A program made the translations under genes and the position numbers. A model generated the notes under the pieces. That model saw only the letters and a list, made by a program, of their open reading frames with translations. It did no database searches and was not told the origin of the DNA. DNA of 63,862 nt, counting the filler, from Octopus bimaculoides (lineage: Eukaryota), in the NCBI RefSeq assembly GCF_001194135.2. It is 3 parts of 3 records of this genome, joined end to end, with 100 filler letters (N's around TTAATTAATTAA, not from the genome) between each part and the next. Parts side by side here need not be neighbours in the genome. Positions count along the whole stretch, not along the records: positions 22,288 to 52,196 come from NC_068984.1; positions 52,297 to 63,862 come from NC_068986.1; 1 more part is not named here. One strand, given 5' to 3'. The first letter of the stretch is position 1, and every line of letters begins with the position of its first letter. Shown in pieces: positions 50,290-61,780 of the stretch.

Positions 50290-50440
50290 TAGCACATGAG
50301 GCCAAATGCTTGGTGGTATTCTGTCCATCCTTACATTCTGAGTTCAAAATCCACCATGGTCGATTTTGCCTTTCATCTTATGGGGGTTGATAATAAAAAC
50401 AGCACTGGGGTCCATGAAATCAACTAACCCTTCCCCCAGT
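50290..50440 (+). mobile_element. SINE family A (decayed)
   Basis: ttagcac..ttctgagttcaaaatcc..ctggggtc. Confidence 0.65.
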
Positions 50441-50747
50441 ACTCACATGATACTTATATATTGACTCCAAAAGGTCAATATATAATGCTGCTAAGCATTT
50501 TGTCTGGCCTGCTAACAATTTGTCTGGCTTGCTACCTTCACATTTTGTATATATATATAGAGTATGATACATAGATGGCTATTTTATATATAACCATAAA
50601 TTGGAGTTTTATTGCCAAAGACAGTTAATATACAAAATCCAATTTATGGTTTGAATTAAAAATTAAAAGAATGATGCAGTTGTAAATAAATATTCCTTAT
50701 TAAAGTTCAATTAATTGTAGAAAGAATAGGAACAAATTTTTACTAAC

Positions 50748-50866
50748 AGCTGGATCTATTGTAATAATAGCATGTTTCCTGCTGACTGTCTTGTCATCGG
50801 CAATATTCAGGTCACAGTCTCTCCGTCCAATTGTAAATTCCCCAGAATCTGTAATCTTGTGCTCAT
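50748..50866 (-). CDS. NBN: NBN exon 2, FHA N-part (DEHKITDSGEFTIGRRDCDLNIADDKTVSRKHAIITIDPA)
   Basis: attatag acceptor, GCT|gttagt donor, phase 1 to 0; FHA GR and SRxH motifs. Confidence 0.93.
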
Positions 50867-50868
50867 CT

Positions 50869-50922
<54 letters not shown>

Positions 50923-50933
50923 GTAGCTTCAAA

Positions 50934-51109
50934 TTTTGGCACAAGGCCAGCAATTTTAGGGGTTTTCAACTGGTACTTACTTTAGCAACCCTGAAAGGAT
51001 GAAAGGCAAAGTCAACCTAGGCAGAATTTGAACTCAGAACATAGAGAGAAGAAAGAAATTCCACTAAGCATTTTGTTCAACACATTAATAATTCAGATGA
51101 AAAACACAA
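50934..51109 (-). mobile_element. SINE family A, internally deleted variant
   Basis: Near-identical to 51632-51807. Confidence 0.8.
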
Positions 51110-51631
51110 CCAAAATCTCTTGGAAAAAAAAAATCACCCATCCCAACAAACTGGAAAGTTCCAGAAAGGCTATCATCCACACTGTGAAGGAGATCACCAT
51201 GCATCACACAGCCTGAAAGCTCTCCTCTCTCCTAAACAATCCCTTTGGATCAACAGCAGGTTAGGGAGTGAAAAGGCCAAAAAGCATCTCTACCTAATTT
51301 ATAAGATCTTCCTTTCTCCACCTATAATGGTTCAGTGAACAGTTTTACAGAAGAGAAAGCCTTCACATTTGATGTCCACATTGCATCCAAACTGCAGACA
51401 CTAGGCAAATTTCGTCCAAAACTATGGCTTTTGACATGCACACTCATACAAACATATGCGTGCACACACACACACACATACACACATCAAGCAAAGTACC
51501 CTCTGGTTTCTTCAAATCAACAAGGCCATAAGCACTGACAATATCCCTTACATTATGCTCAATGTGCCTCAGAGCTAGTCCCTATCCTCAAACTCTTTAA
51601 TCTCTCTCCGTCTTTCTTCTCCCTCCCTCCC

Positions 51632-51807
51632 TTTTGGCACAAGGCCGGCAATTTTAAGGGTTTTCAACGGGTACTTACTTTAACAACCTTGAAAGGATGA
51701 AAGGCAAAGTCAACCTAGGCAGAATTTGAACTCAGAACATAAAGAGAAGAAAGAAATGCCACTAAGCATTTGGCCCAACACACTAATAATTCAGATGTAA
51801 AACACAA
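51632..51807 (-). mobile_element. SINE family A, internally deleted variant
   Basis: Near-identical to 50934-51109. Confidence 0.8.
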
Positions 51808-51829
51808 TATGCTACAGTATGTCACATTC

Positions 51830-52060
51830 ATAGAAAAGTCAGCCTTTCTACAGCTCCTTGATGCTGACGGGTCTCGTGCCTCGTCCATTCAGAGATTCAA
51901 CTCTCCTTTCATCAACCACATTGTGTCCACCCAAACAATACTCTATAATAATCCCTACGCCCAATCCTTTCTGAAATTCCCTCGCAACGTTTATCCTGCA
52001 GCTGCTAACATGCAACAGTTCGAGCGAAACTTCATAACAATCTCACCAGTTTCGGAAAGA
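51830..52060 (-). pseudogene. Possible decayed RTE ORF C-terminal remnant
   Basis: WVDTM..GELNL-stop-MDEARDPSASR resembles RTE termini; several stops. Confidence 0.3.
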
Positions 52061-52196
52061 CTGTGAAAACCAAGAATACAGGGTTTTTATATAGATCCGC
52101 ACCCGGAGTGAAACAAAAATCATGTAATACTTCTAATGCAATGTATATTGAACAAATATGAAGGAAAATATGCACGCTGGCAAACGGGGGGGGGGG

Positions 52197-52296
52197 NNNN
52201 NNNNNNNNNNNNNNNNNNNNNNNNNNNNNNNNNNNNNNNNTTAATTAATTAANNNNNNNNNNNNNNNNNNNNNNNNNNNNNNNNNNNNNNNNNNNN
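52197..52296. other. Artificial scaffold-join spacer N44-TTAATTAATTAA-N44
   Basis: Same structure as 22188-22287. Confidence 0.95.
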
Positions 52297-52512
52297 CTTT
52301 CTCTCTTTTCTTTTCTTTTCTTTCATACCCCACACCCCAGTTCCCACCCATCACATATAACCCCCTCCTCTTACATATGACAACCTCACTTCTCACGCCG
52401 GTCAGGTTTCTTAGTTTTTATTACAGTTAACATAACTTTACACCCCCCCCCCACACACACCAGCAAACACACTTTCATACGTATTGATGTATGCATATAC
52501 ATATTTATAACC

Positions 52513-52545
<33 letters not shown>

Positions 52546-52792
52546 CATATTTCATAAAAATCCTTACACATATACTGACGCACAGGCACAAGCACACACA
52601 CATGCACACACACACACATACATATACACATACATGCATACATATATACATACATACACTCTCAGTGAAACATATATGTGTGTGTGTAACTGTGTGTTAT
52701 ATGCCATTTACACACACACTGTTGGCTATGTACATACACGCATACATGACTGCACGGACGCACACACATACTTATAATTTATATATACTTAC

Positions 52793-52820
52793 CAACATGC
52801 CCCCCCCCCACACACCACAT
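52793..52820 (-). CDS. NBN: Candidate NBN coding exon 1 (MWCVGGGHV + G)
   Basis: ATG-TGG start like the MW N-terminus of NBS1 proteins; G|GTAAGT donor in the phase 1 needed by exon 2. However it lies in low-complexity sequence, has weak Kozak context and is across an artificial join. Confidence 0.35.
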
Positions 52821-53059
52821 ACAGGACCACACCAGTGTATACAAACATGAACACAGGCACTGTGAATTTATTTCGTGTAATGGCTATCAAAATTCTATTA
52901 GAATTTTTATTTCTTTATATTTCTTGTTTCTTTATTTTATTTGGAAATACATACATACATACATACATACATACATACATACACATAATACCCATATACC
53001 TACTTATCTATATTTTTGTGTGAGTGTGTGCGTGTGTTAATGTGTGTGTTTGTGTGTGT

Positions 53060-53280
53060 GAGGGGGGGGGGTGCTAAAATGTTCCTGGTTTTGGCTAAAA
53101 GAAAATACAGGAAGATCAATTAATTATGATTTTATTCAAAATATTTCCGTATCAGACCCATACATTTATTGCAGCGGTCCTTCAGTTTTTCGAAGTCCTG
53201 TAAAAGAACTCGGAAGGTTGAGCCTTTCGCGAGGCCTTTCGCAACATCCTTAAAGCGAGAAACTTTTCAGAAATCCCTGG
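53060..53280 (-). mobile_element. Mariner-derived MITE, same family as 14481-14699
   Basis: Antisense ORFs of the two copies are clearly homologous (ENTGRSxNYxFIQ..CSGPSVF); TIR remnants. Confidence 0.72.
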
Positions 53281-54339
53281 TATAAAGTAAATTTTACGTA
53301 TATCTATATATATGCAAATGTGTGTGTGGCGGGGTATGTGTGTATTTGTGCGTGTTTATAGACGTTTATGTTTAAATTTAAGCCATTTTTATTTAGGATT
53401 ATTCTTCTTTCCTTCATGGTCCTCATGTTTAATTTGGAAAAATAACGTTTCTAAATCCATTAGTCCAATCATGTTTCGAGACCTTCACTGTATCACCATC
53501 AGGATAAAGTGATGATAATAATGGCAGTATGTCGTAACAGATAATAGGAATAGTGTTATAACTGGTTATTCATCAACGCCTATACAGCGGTTAAGTCCTA
53601 ATAGATTTCAAGATTATTTGACATGTGATGTATCTATGTGTTGAATTTTGGTTTGTATTTGTTATTAGTAGAGCTTCTATAGTTACCATTTTCATTTTTT
53701 GATAAAATTCTATAAATCTTATTGACTAATATTTTTCAGTTTAGTTTCATTTCGCAGATTATAATGTGCGATGTTTATTTGTTGCACATGTACGGCCAAC
53801 CGATGAAAAATAGTTGTAACAGCATTCGATGTAACAGTCTGAGTCATGAAGTTACCAACTTTCATGTTCACATATATTATTTGTAACGGTTTGGTTTTCT
53901 TCGTTAGCCAAGTGGAATACCGCGAGTATGGGCTCGAGTGGATAACCAATATTCACCACAGCCTCCTTGATGTATAAATTACCTTTTAGGTAGCAAACAT
54001 CATTTGTGCAGGCAGAGAAGAAGTTTTCCAAGATGTTTCTTGGTACAGCAGGTGGTTTTATTTATGATGTGTGTATGCATGAGCCGATACTGTGTATATA
54101 GTTTCCGTTACTGGTACATTAGGAAAAAAAAAAAAAAACTTTCGATATCAATAGTGGAATATTAGCTAACTTTATCCGTTTCCTGCTTCGCTAATTTGGC
54201 CCCATGGCTCATTAAAACAACAACAACAAAAAATAGATTAAAATTAAATTTAAAATTAGATAGAAAAAGGTTAGTTGACAGCATTACACTTTTATATAAA
54301 ATTTCATAAAAATATGACAGTTATATTCCCACGATCTGT

Positions 54340-54365
54340 CGCAAAGCACGCGAACTACATGCCTT
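54340..54365. promoter_or_regulatory. Possible housekeeping-promoter element (CGCGAACTACA in a small CpG patch)
   Basis: ACTACA core of the ZNF143/Ronin-type promoter motif, with several CpGs in otherwise CpG-poor DNA, upstream of the candidate NBN exon 1; only the core matches. Confidence 0.2.
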
Positions 54366-54559
54366 TACTTCAGTCATTTAATTCTGCTGACCTTAAGATC
54401 TCGTTACAGTACTAGGTTAATGGATTCAGGAACACTTTTGTTCCAGTCTGAACATTAAGAACTATTAAGAAAATAGGAAAAAATTCCCTGATAAGTATGA
54501 TCAAATTGTCGTATCTTTAACATGTTTGAAAGAAGAGCTGTTCTTTATACAAATACCTA

Positions 54560-54585
54560 AGTACGTACGTACGTACGTACGTACA

Positions 54586-54619
<34 letters not shown>

Positions 54620-54790
54620 CATATAATACACACATACATACATACAAGCATAAATACATACATACATACATAAATAGATACATACATACATACATTCATA
54701 CATACATGCACACATACATACATACATGCACACATACATACATACATACAAGCATAAATACATACATACATACATACATACATACATACA
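54560..54790. repeat. (GTAC)/(ATAC) compound microsatellite
   Basis: Direct reading. Confidence 0.95.
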
Positions 54791-55210
54791 CATAATACCC
54801 ATATACCTACTTATCTATATTTTTGTGTGAGCGTGTGCGTGTGTTAATGTAAGCATTTTACTTATATTCATCAATGCTAAAAGAAGAGGATCCAAGGCCT
54901 TAAGGAGATATGCAACTTTAGGAGGCCAGAAAGAAGTACAATGTTTGAGAAACAATAATTTCACTGGGCTGCCTTTTTGCTGATTTAATTTTACTAAAAG
55001 TCTATCTTTTCGACAATTTGTGAATTTTAAAATCACTAATATTCCTTTGTCTGCATTTTTAATTATTTAATGACTGTAGCCCAGTACATTCATCCGAATG
55101 TGTACTTTTTAGAGACAGCCACGGGCGCTTTTATATTTTTGCGATTAGCAAAAAAGTCGCTTTTAGAATACGCGTTAAAAATTGATTTTCTTATGGCTTG
55201 GTTGTGTTTG

Positions 55211-55551
55211 TTACCTCTGCCTTAACGAAGGCGGAGGTATAGTTTTCAGTCGTGTTTGTTTGTCTGTGGACAAGATATCTCAAGAACCGCTGGATGAATT
55301 CGGATGAAACTTCCAGGGATGTTTGACCTTGTGACTGGCACGAACTGATTAGATTTGGGGATCGATTTGGTACCGGACAAAGATTCTGGATTATTTTTCC
55401 ATTTTATTTTTACTTAATTTTTAGTATTCTCATTTGTGAGAGCAGTCGAGTTTATTTCAGATATTCTCATTTTAAAAATCATCTCTGGCTAATCGTTGAG
55501 AGGACGTTTGTATTGCCTTGGCGGAGGTTTAACGCTCTCTGGGTGCTCTTG
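55211..55551 (+). mobile_element. Probable non-autonomous Helentron-type (HINE/DINE-1-like) element
   Basis: 5' ACCTCTGCCTT..AAGGCGGAGGT hairpin, (GTTT/GTCT) tract, 3' CCTTGGCGGAGGT subterminal repeat near the end, T-rich flanks. Confidence 0.55.
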
Positions 55552-55639
55552 TTTTTAATTTAATCAGACTGTATTCGTATTTGTATGTTTGCGTTCATTT
55601 ATTTATTTGGTTGAAAATATAAAATGTATACTTAAGACA

Positions 55640-56040
55640 ATGTCTAAAAAAAATAAAGAAACGTACTGGAAGAAAATATCAAGAAGTATAATTAATGCTC
55701 AGTAGCATTAGACCAACCACAAGGATAATAAATAAAACAAAATAGACGGAGAGCTTTGAAAGTTGACATTGCTAAAGTAAGCCACAGCAAATGCAAATCC
55801 AAGCCGTTAGAAGGAAGGGGAAGGATACATTTAAAGCAGCTTACAAACTAGCATTTACACTTGCAGGATAAAGAGGGGAGCCATTAAATGATGCACAAAT
55901 TGTAAAAAAGGATGCTTTGTTGAAGTTGGATTACGCTTAAGCCCCAACCCGCATAGGTGAACAAGTACAAGCAACTATCAAAAGGGACCAAAACTGATCG
56001 ACGTCGAGAATAAGCCATCGGCACTTGAAAACATTTTGGT
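55640..56040 (+). pseudogene. Decayed hAT (Charlie/Buster-like) transposase remnant
   Basis: AAYKLAFTLAG-stop-RGEPLNDAQIVK resembles the ASY..A..LA..GKP..DGE.VK segment; multiple stops. Confidence 0.4.
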
Positions 56041-56194
56041 GTACTATAATTAAAAAGAGTATTTGATAAATTTGAGTTAACTGATACGACTTGGCTTAAC
56101 GCGAATAATATACTTTATCTGTTATAACAGGATATTCATCGACGCGCTAACGACTCTACCAAATTACCGTCCGTAAGCTTGTACCCAAACTTTT

Positions 56195-56390
56195 TTTATT
56201 TTGGCACAAGCCCAGCAATTTTGAGAGCGGGGCTAGCTGACTGCGTCGACCCTATTGCTCAACTGGTATTTATGTAAACGATCCGGAAAAGATGAAAGGC
56301 AAAGTTGACAGCGGTGGAATTTGAACTCAGGTTATAAAGATATGGTAGAAATGCTGCCACGCCATTTTTCCAGCATTCAACCGACCGCCT
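56195..56390 (-). mobile_element. SINE family A (decayed)
   Basis: ggcacaagcccagcaa..aaaggcaaagttgac..gaatttgaactcag. Confidence 0.75.
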
Positions 56391-56429
56391 TTATCTTTTA
56401 CCTAAATTAGAAGCAATTATCATTAGTGA

Positions 56430-56800
56430 AAGCGAAATTTGAAAACGTCTGTTACAACATTAGGTCACAAATGTATACACTGTCTTTCGATCTTCTGAAC
56501 GGACCACATACCTGTCTCCTCTGTCCAAGTCTATTCGATGAGTCCACCGTTTCGCTAAACAATTTTTCCAATCATTCTTCTCGAGATTGCAATCCTCTGG
56601 ATTTCTCTCCTTACTCACATGGTGATCACTAAAGGGCGTCAACTTTAAGATGCTCAAACAATTTTTCTACAGCTTCGATTGCTTCCTCACAGACTGTTCT
56701 ACAAAATCCTTTTAGTAAATTAACCACGCTGTATTATTGAAGCAATCAGGAAGAAGATAGAAGTGTTAAAACATTCACTGCTAATAGTAATGTTCCATAA
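56430..56800 (+). pseudogene. Decayed Tc1/mariner-superfamily transposase remnant
   Basis: NHSSRDCNPLDFS resembles WP.SSPD(C/L)NPLDY. Confidence 0.35.
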
Positions 56801-56855
56801 GGAACAATATCTGGCTACTACTTACATTATCGAACCCTAGACAGAAAGAAGTAAG

Positions 56856-56920
56856 GCGAAATTTGAACGAGAAAAATAAACAGATGCAAAATTTGAACGA
56901 GAAAAATAAACAGATGTAAA
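56856..56920. repeat. 30-bp tandem duplication
   Basis: aaatttgaacgagaaaaataaacagatg twice. Confidence 0.92.
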
Positions 56921-57809
56921 AGTTCTATTTACACCACCAACTTTGCTGACAACCCTTAAATAGTTTATTGATACTTTCCACCACTTTCATTTCATTATTT
57001 ATAATAACTTTTAGCTTGTGATTATCTTTTACTGTTGTGTATGCTTTTATCAACTATGCCAAGCTCCTTATCTATGTGGACAGCGGCTTCCAGTCTATGT
57101 TATATATTCACACATAAATTAATACCGGGCGTTTTTCTTCATGAATTCTGCCGTCGTAATGTAGGTTTATAATCTTTATGCATGTCTACAGGCATGTTTA
57201 AATGTTTATTTATATATGTGTGCATATACGCATGAATGTAGGTTGTCGTGGATGTATGTATATAAGTAGGTAAAATGTCTGAATGAGTCTATGGATGTGT
57301 GATGGTAAGTATATTATATAAATAAATATACTTTCGTGTATATATTTGTAAGTGCCGAAGAAAGAAGGTAACTATAAGTTTAGTGACTATAATGAAGATA
57401 ACTATAAATGCATGTGTATAAGCATGTTTAAATACCGGCGTGTATTATTTATATATTCATGTATATACACATGAATGTATGCAATCATGGACGTATATAA
57501 ATACGTGTGTAAAATGAACCTACGTATGACTATACGGTATGTAATATAAAATCATTCTAAAATTTAGAACGATTGTACTGGTGAACCACGGACGTTTTTA
57601 TGTAAGTAAAAAAGTTGATGGGGAAACTGGTATACAATTAATTCTTTATTTTGTATATTTTTCATTTGTCTTGCCCGCTTATGTTCTAGTATTTGATGAA
57701 TTTTTTTCTGGAGAACATTATTTTTCTTTGTGGTTGGGTCGTTGATGACCTCTTTCTAGCGTATCGGATATCCACTTAGTGGTCATCCCTTCTTATACGC
57801 ATGTATATA

Positions 57810-57868
<59 letters not shown>

Positions 57869-58595
57869 NNNNNNNNNNNNNNNNNNNNNNNNNNNNNNNN
57901 NNNNNNNNNNNNNNNNNNNNNNNNNNNNNNNNNNNNNNNNNNNNNNNNNNNNNNNNNNNNNNNNNNNNNNNNNNNNNNNNNNNNNNNNNNNNNNNNNNNN
58001 NNNNNNNNNNNNNNNNNNNNNNNNNNNNNNNNNNNNNNNNNNNNNNNNNNNNNNNNNNNNNNNNNNNNNNNNNNNNNNNNNNNNNNNNNNNNNNNNNNNN
58101 NNNNNNNNNNNNNNNNNNNNNNNNNNNNNNNNNNNNNNNNNNNNNNNNNNNNNNNNNNNNNNNNNNNNNNNNNNNNNNNNNNNNNNNNNNNNNNNNNNNN
58201 NNNNNNNNNNNNNNNNNNNNNNNNNNNNNNNNNNNNNNNNNNNNNNNNNNNNNNNNNNNNNNNNNNNNNNNNNNNNNNNNNNNNNNNNNNNNNNNNNNNN
58301 NNNNNNNNNNNNNNNNNNNNNNNNNNNNNNNNNNNNNNNNNNNNNNNNNNNNNNNNNNNNNNNNNNNNNNNNNNNNNNNNNNNNNNNNNNNNNNNNNNNN
58401 NNNNNNNNNNNNNNNNNNNNNNNNNNNNNNNNNNNNNNNNNNNNNNNNNNNNNNNNNNNNNNNNNNNNNNNNNNNNNNNNNNNNNNNNNNNNNNNNNNNN
58501 NNNNNNNNNNNNNNNNNNNNNNNNNNNNNNNNNNNNNNNNNNNNNNNNNNNNNNNNNNNNNNNNNNNNNNNNNNNNNNNNNNNNNNNNNNNNNNN

Positions 58596-58882
58596 GCAAA
58601 GTCGACCTCGGCGGAATTTGAACTCAGAACGTAAACACAGACGAAATACCTATTTCGTTATTGCCCACAAGGGGCTAAACATAGAGGGAACAAACAAGAA
58701 CAGACGAACGGATTAAGTCGATTACATCGACCCCAGTGCGTAACTGGTACTTAATTTATCGACCTCGAAAGGATGAAAGGCAAAGTCGACCTCGGCGGAA
58801 TTTGAACTCAGAACGTAAACACAGACGAAATACCGCTAAGCATTTCGCCCGGCATGCTAACGATTCAGCCAGCTCGCCGTCT
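58596..58882 (-). mobile_element. Tandem SINE family A units (one full copy plus start of a second, running into a gap)
   Basis: 55-nt block gcaaagtcgacctcggcgg..gaaatacc appears twice, identical. Confidence 0.88.
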
Positions 58883-59515
58883 TCCAGCTGTGTTAATATT
58901 AACAATGAATCTACGTATTTGTTACTTCAGCTTTGTTTATCTAGACATAGTGTATGCCTACATTATCTAATGACTTGATATAATGCTTATAACAATGAAT
59001 ATTTGCTATAATTTAGCTACAAAATTGCTTTAGTACGTTTCTGCCAGCTCGCCGCCTTATTAATCGGGTACAAATTGCTTCATACGGAATGAGCATGAAC
59101 AATGTAGGTACTGCAATGGGTAGAAAGTGGCCCATGCTCTTGCAGAATTTTCAGATATAGCTTTCATTAACATTCTATCCCTTGAGTGTTCTCTGAACTC
59201 TACCCTCATTTCTTAACAACCCTGCAACATAGCGATTTCGTTTTCTTCCGTCTGATCGTTTATGAAGTCTCCAGCATTGAACTTTATAACTACTGAGGAA
59301 AAAATGGACTTCTTAATCTTTGTTTCTTCCAGAGCTTATTCTACGTCTTTCCTTGTGGCCGTCTTTTTCTCTTGGTGGGGCAGTCTTCTTTGTTTTTCTA
59401 TTCTTCGAACTGTCACCGACAATTTACTACCCCTGTTCGTTCTCCATGACCTATATATAATTTGGTCGGGCATTTCGTAAATTGCCACATGAAAATACAT
59501 CATGCTGTATTTTGA

Positions 59516-59517
<2 letters not shown>

Positions 59518-59599
<82 letters not shown>

Positions 59600-59617
59600 G
59601 TCTATCTATCTATCTAT
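59518..59617. repeat. (ATCT)n tetranucleotide array
   Basis: Direct reading. Confidence 0.98.
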
Positions 59618-60392
59618 TTGGACCCATCCAGTTGATTTTACTCTGGAGTTTCCACGACTTCAAGATGGCTCGTCGGATGTAGTTAACGCCCAGTCGATTT
59701 TGCTTTCAATTCTCCTTCGAGGTCGACAAAATAAGTGCCAGACAAATTACTGGGTCGATATAATCGACAAAAACAACCTTAAAGGCAGTACTCCAGCATG
59801 ACCACTTTCCCATGACTGCAACTACTGAAAGAATAAAATAGTTAGATCCATCCCATTGCATCACTGGGACCTTATTTGATTAACTCCAAAGTTACTCCGG
59901 GATTTGAACTAAGGTAGATAGATTGACGTAATTGCAGCTAATATAACCGAGGTTTAGCCTCCTGCTGTTTCTTTGCTGTTTCCAGTGAAATCTACAACCA
60001 CAGATATTGATAAAGATATTGAAAATTAAGTTCGGATTAAGGGTATAATTTGAAAGTAGTTTCATGGCGTATACTCAGAAGACACGTAAACACTTATTTC
60101 GTCCTGACATCGTTTTCTGGGAAACAAATAAAAACTGACAAAAAAAAAAAGGTGAAAACAAAACGAGAAAAGAAAAAAAAACCTGCAATACTGTGCAATT
60201 TAACTTTCTGCTTGATTTTAATGTGGTAAAATAACAAGAAAATAAATATAAATAGAAGACACATGCGTCTTATGAAAACAAAAGTAAAGAAAGCAGCCCA
60301 GGGTTGCTCGGTGGGGGTGCCGTATTACAACTGCTACAAACATATGTAGGACTACATACATACCTACCTACATACATACATACATATATATA

Positions 60393-60423
<31 letters not shown>

Positions 60424-60442
60424 GTACATATATGTATATATA

Positions 60443-60492
<50 letters not shown>

Positions 60493-60989
60493 AACATGCA
60501 TGTGCGCACGCGCGCGTGGGCGTGTGTAGTTATGTATGTATGTGCTGATTTAGGGTTATGAATTCGAAAGTTTTGATTCCGATTATTCAATCATAAATTC
60601 CGCAGTTTTCCGTTTTCGATCTACTGTTTGATGAAGCGTCAACATACCTATTCCAGATAATCTATGCTGGTTGTAGACCTATATGTCCTAGGTATCCAAA
60701 TGCAGTTTGGATAGGAATATCATGTAGTAGAGCACATAGCTCTGGCCGTCGGCACATAGATAAAATTTGAACCTGGAATAGTAATTGTCAGAACGGCTAC
60801 CATCGTGGATGGTACTTCATTTAGAAACATCAGAAGGATGAAAGGCTAAGTTGAGCTTCGTAGGATTCAAACACTAACACTGAGATCAAAAACTGTATCA
60901 TTAAATATTCTCCACACTTTGCTCTCCTCTACTTTTCAGCAAATCTCCAAATAGGAGAGCAACACCTTCTTTTTCACCTTTTTCTATCA

Positions 60990-61780
60990 TACCAAGTGGA
61001 AATTTGTAGAAGCTGATGAAGGTCTGATGGAAGAGTAAACCGTTTATTGCCATTCTTTCGATCTTGTCCATCATATGTCTTTCAAACGTCTTTCGCCATA
61101 ACTCCTAGATGCAAGACAACAACTGCTTACCCTTTCCAGCCAAAGGAAGACGATCTTTACGATGGACTGAGCCGCTAACCCTGACACGTCCGACACATAT
61201 AACTGTTTGACATCACGCATACAAAACGGTTTCATCAAACCTACCTGACGACACGACCATGTCAGTAGAGTTGATCACGAATCTGCAACGTCCTTCTTTA
61301 GCACTACAAGGGGATAGATTTCTGCAAGCTGTCCATAGTATTCGGGTGGAGGGTGTTCAGTTGACTTTCGTTGACATCTAGAATCTTCCCAAGAGCGTTG
61401 ACTCACTTTCCCAACCACTAATCTTCTATAGAATAAAAGGTGTGACCACCGTTGGCTCATCACCCAAGTGGAAGAAAATGGTGAGCGCTTGACGATATTC
61501 AAGATATTAAGCGGCTAATTTGGTCTATTCTTAATGCATGATTGGAACTCTGGCGAATAGACGAGCCGAAGAAAAAATCTTGCACCACAAATAACGACTC
61601 CCATCTATTCGTCACCCAGTTTTATCTATTGGCGGCACAATGTCAGCGTTTGACTTCGTATCATCAGCTGCAATTTAGTGAATAGAGAGTGTTGATAATA
61701 GATAAACCTTCTGTCTAGTTGAACAAGTCTCTTCCACAAGAAGCGAAAGAGTTGACATTTCACTCTGGCCAGATGAAGAC
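60990..61780 (+). pseudogene. Possible highly decayed LINE RT remnant
   Basis: GC-richer unique block; FVDI..KSVDSLS and LSIGGT..ESVDN loosely resemble RT motifs. Confidence 0.2.

Larger units (their letters stand above)
26826..52820 (-). other. NBN: Nibrin (NBS1) gene span: 16 well-supported coding exons plus a candidate exon 1; about 702 aa if the candidate is right
   Basis: Manual splicing gives one continuous frame with GT-AG introns. It contains FHA (IGRRDC..VSRKH..SSYGTYIN), BRCT1/2 (LVVTSSCL, EWSDKCNFLVM, ITDAEIG), RNFKNFRK and a terminal KLFNWGP motif. Summed CDS is 2109 nt. The 5' limit is uncertain. Confidence 0.93.

Noticed and set aside
51880-51925. MWLMKGELNL as NBN exon 1
   Set aside because: No GT donor in phase 1 before the stop; context looks like a LINE remnant.
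56455-56510. MWSVQKIERQ as NBN exon 1
   Set aside because: The only GT is in phase 2, and the region looks like a Tc1/mariner remnant on the other strand.
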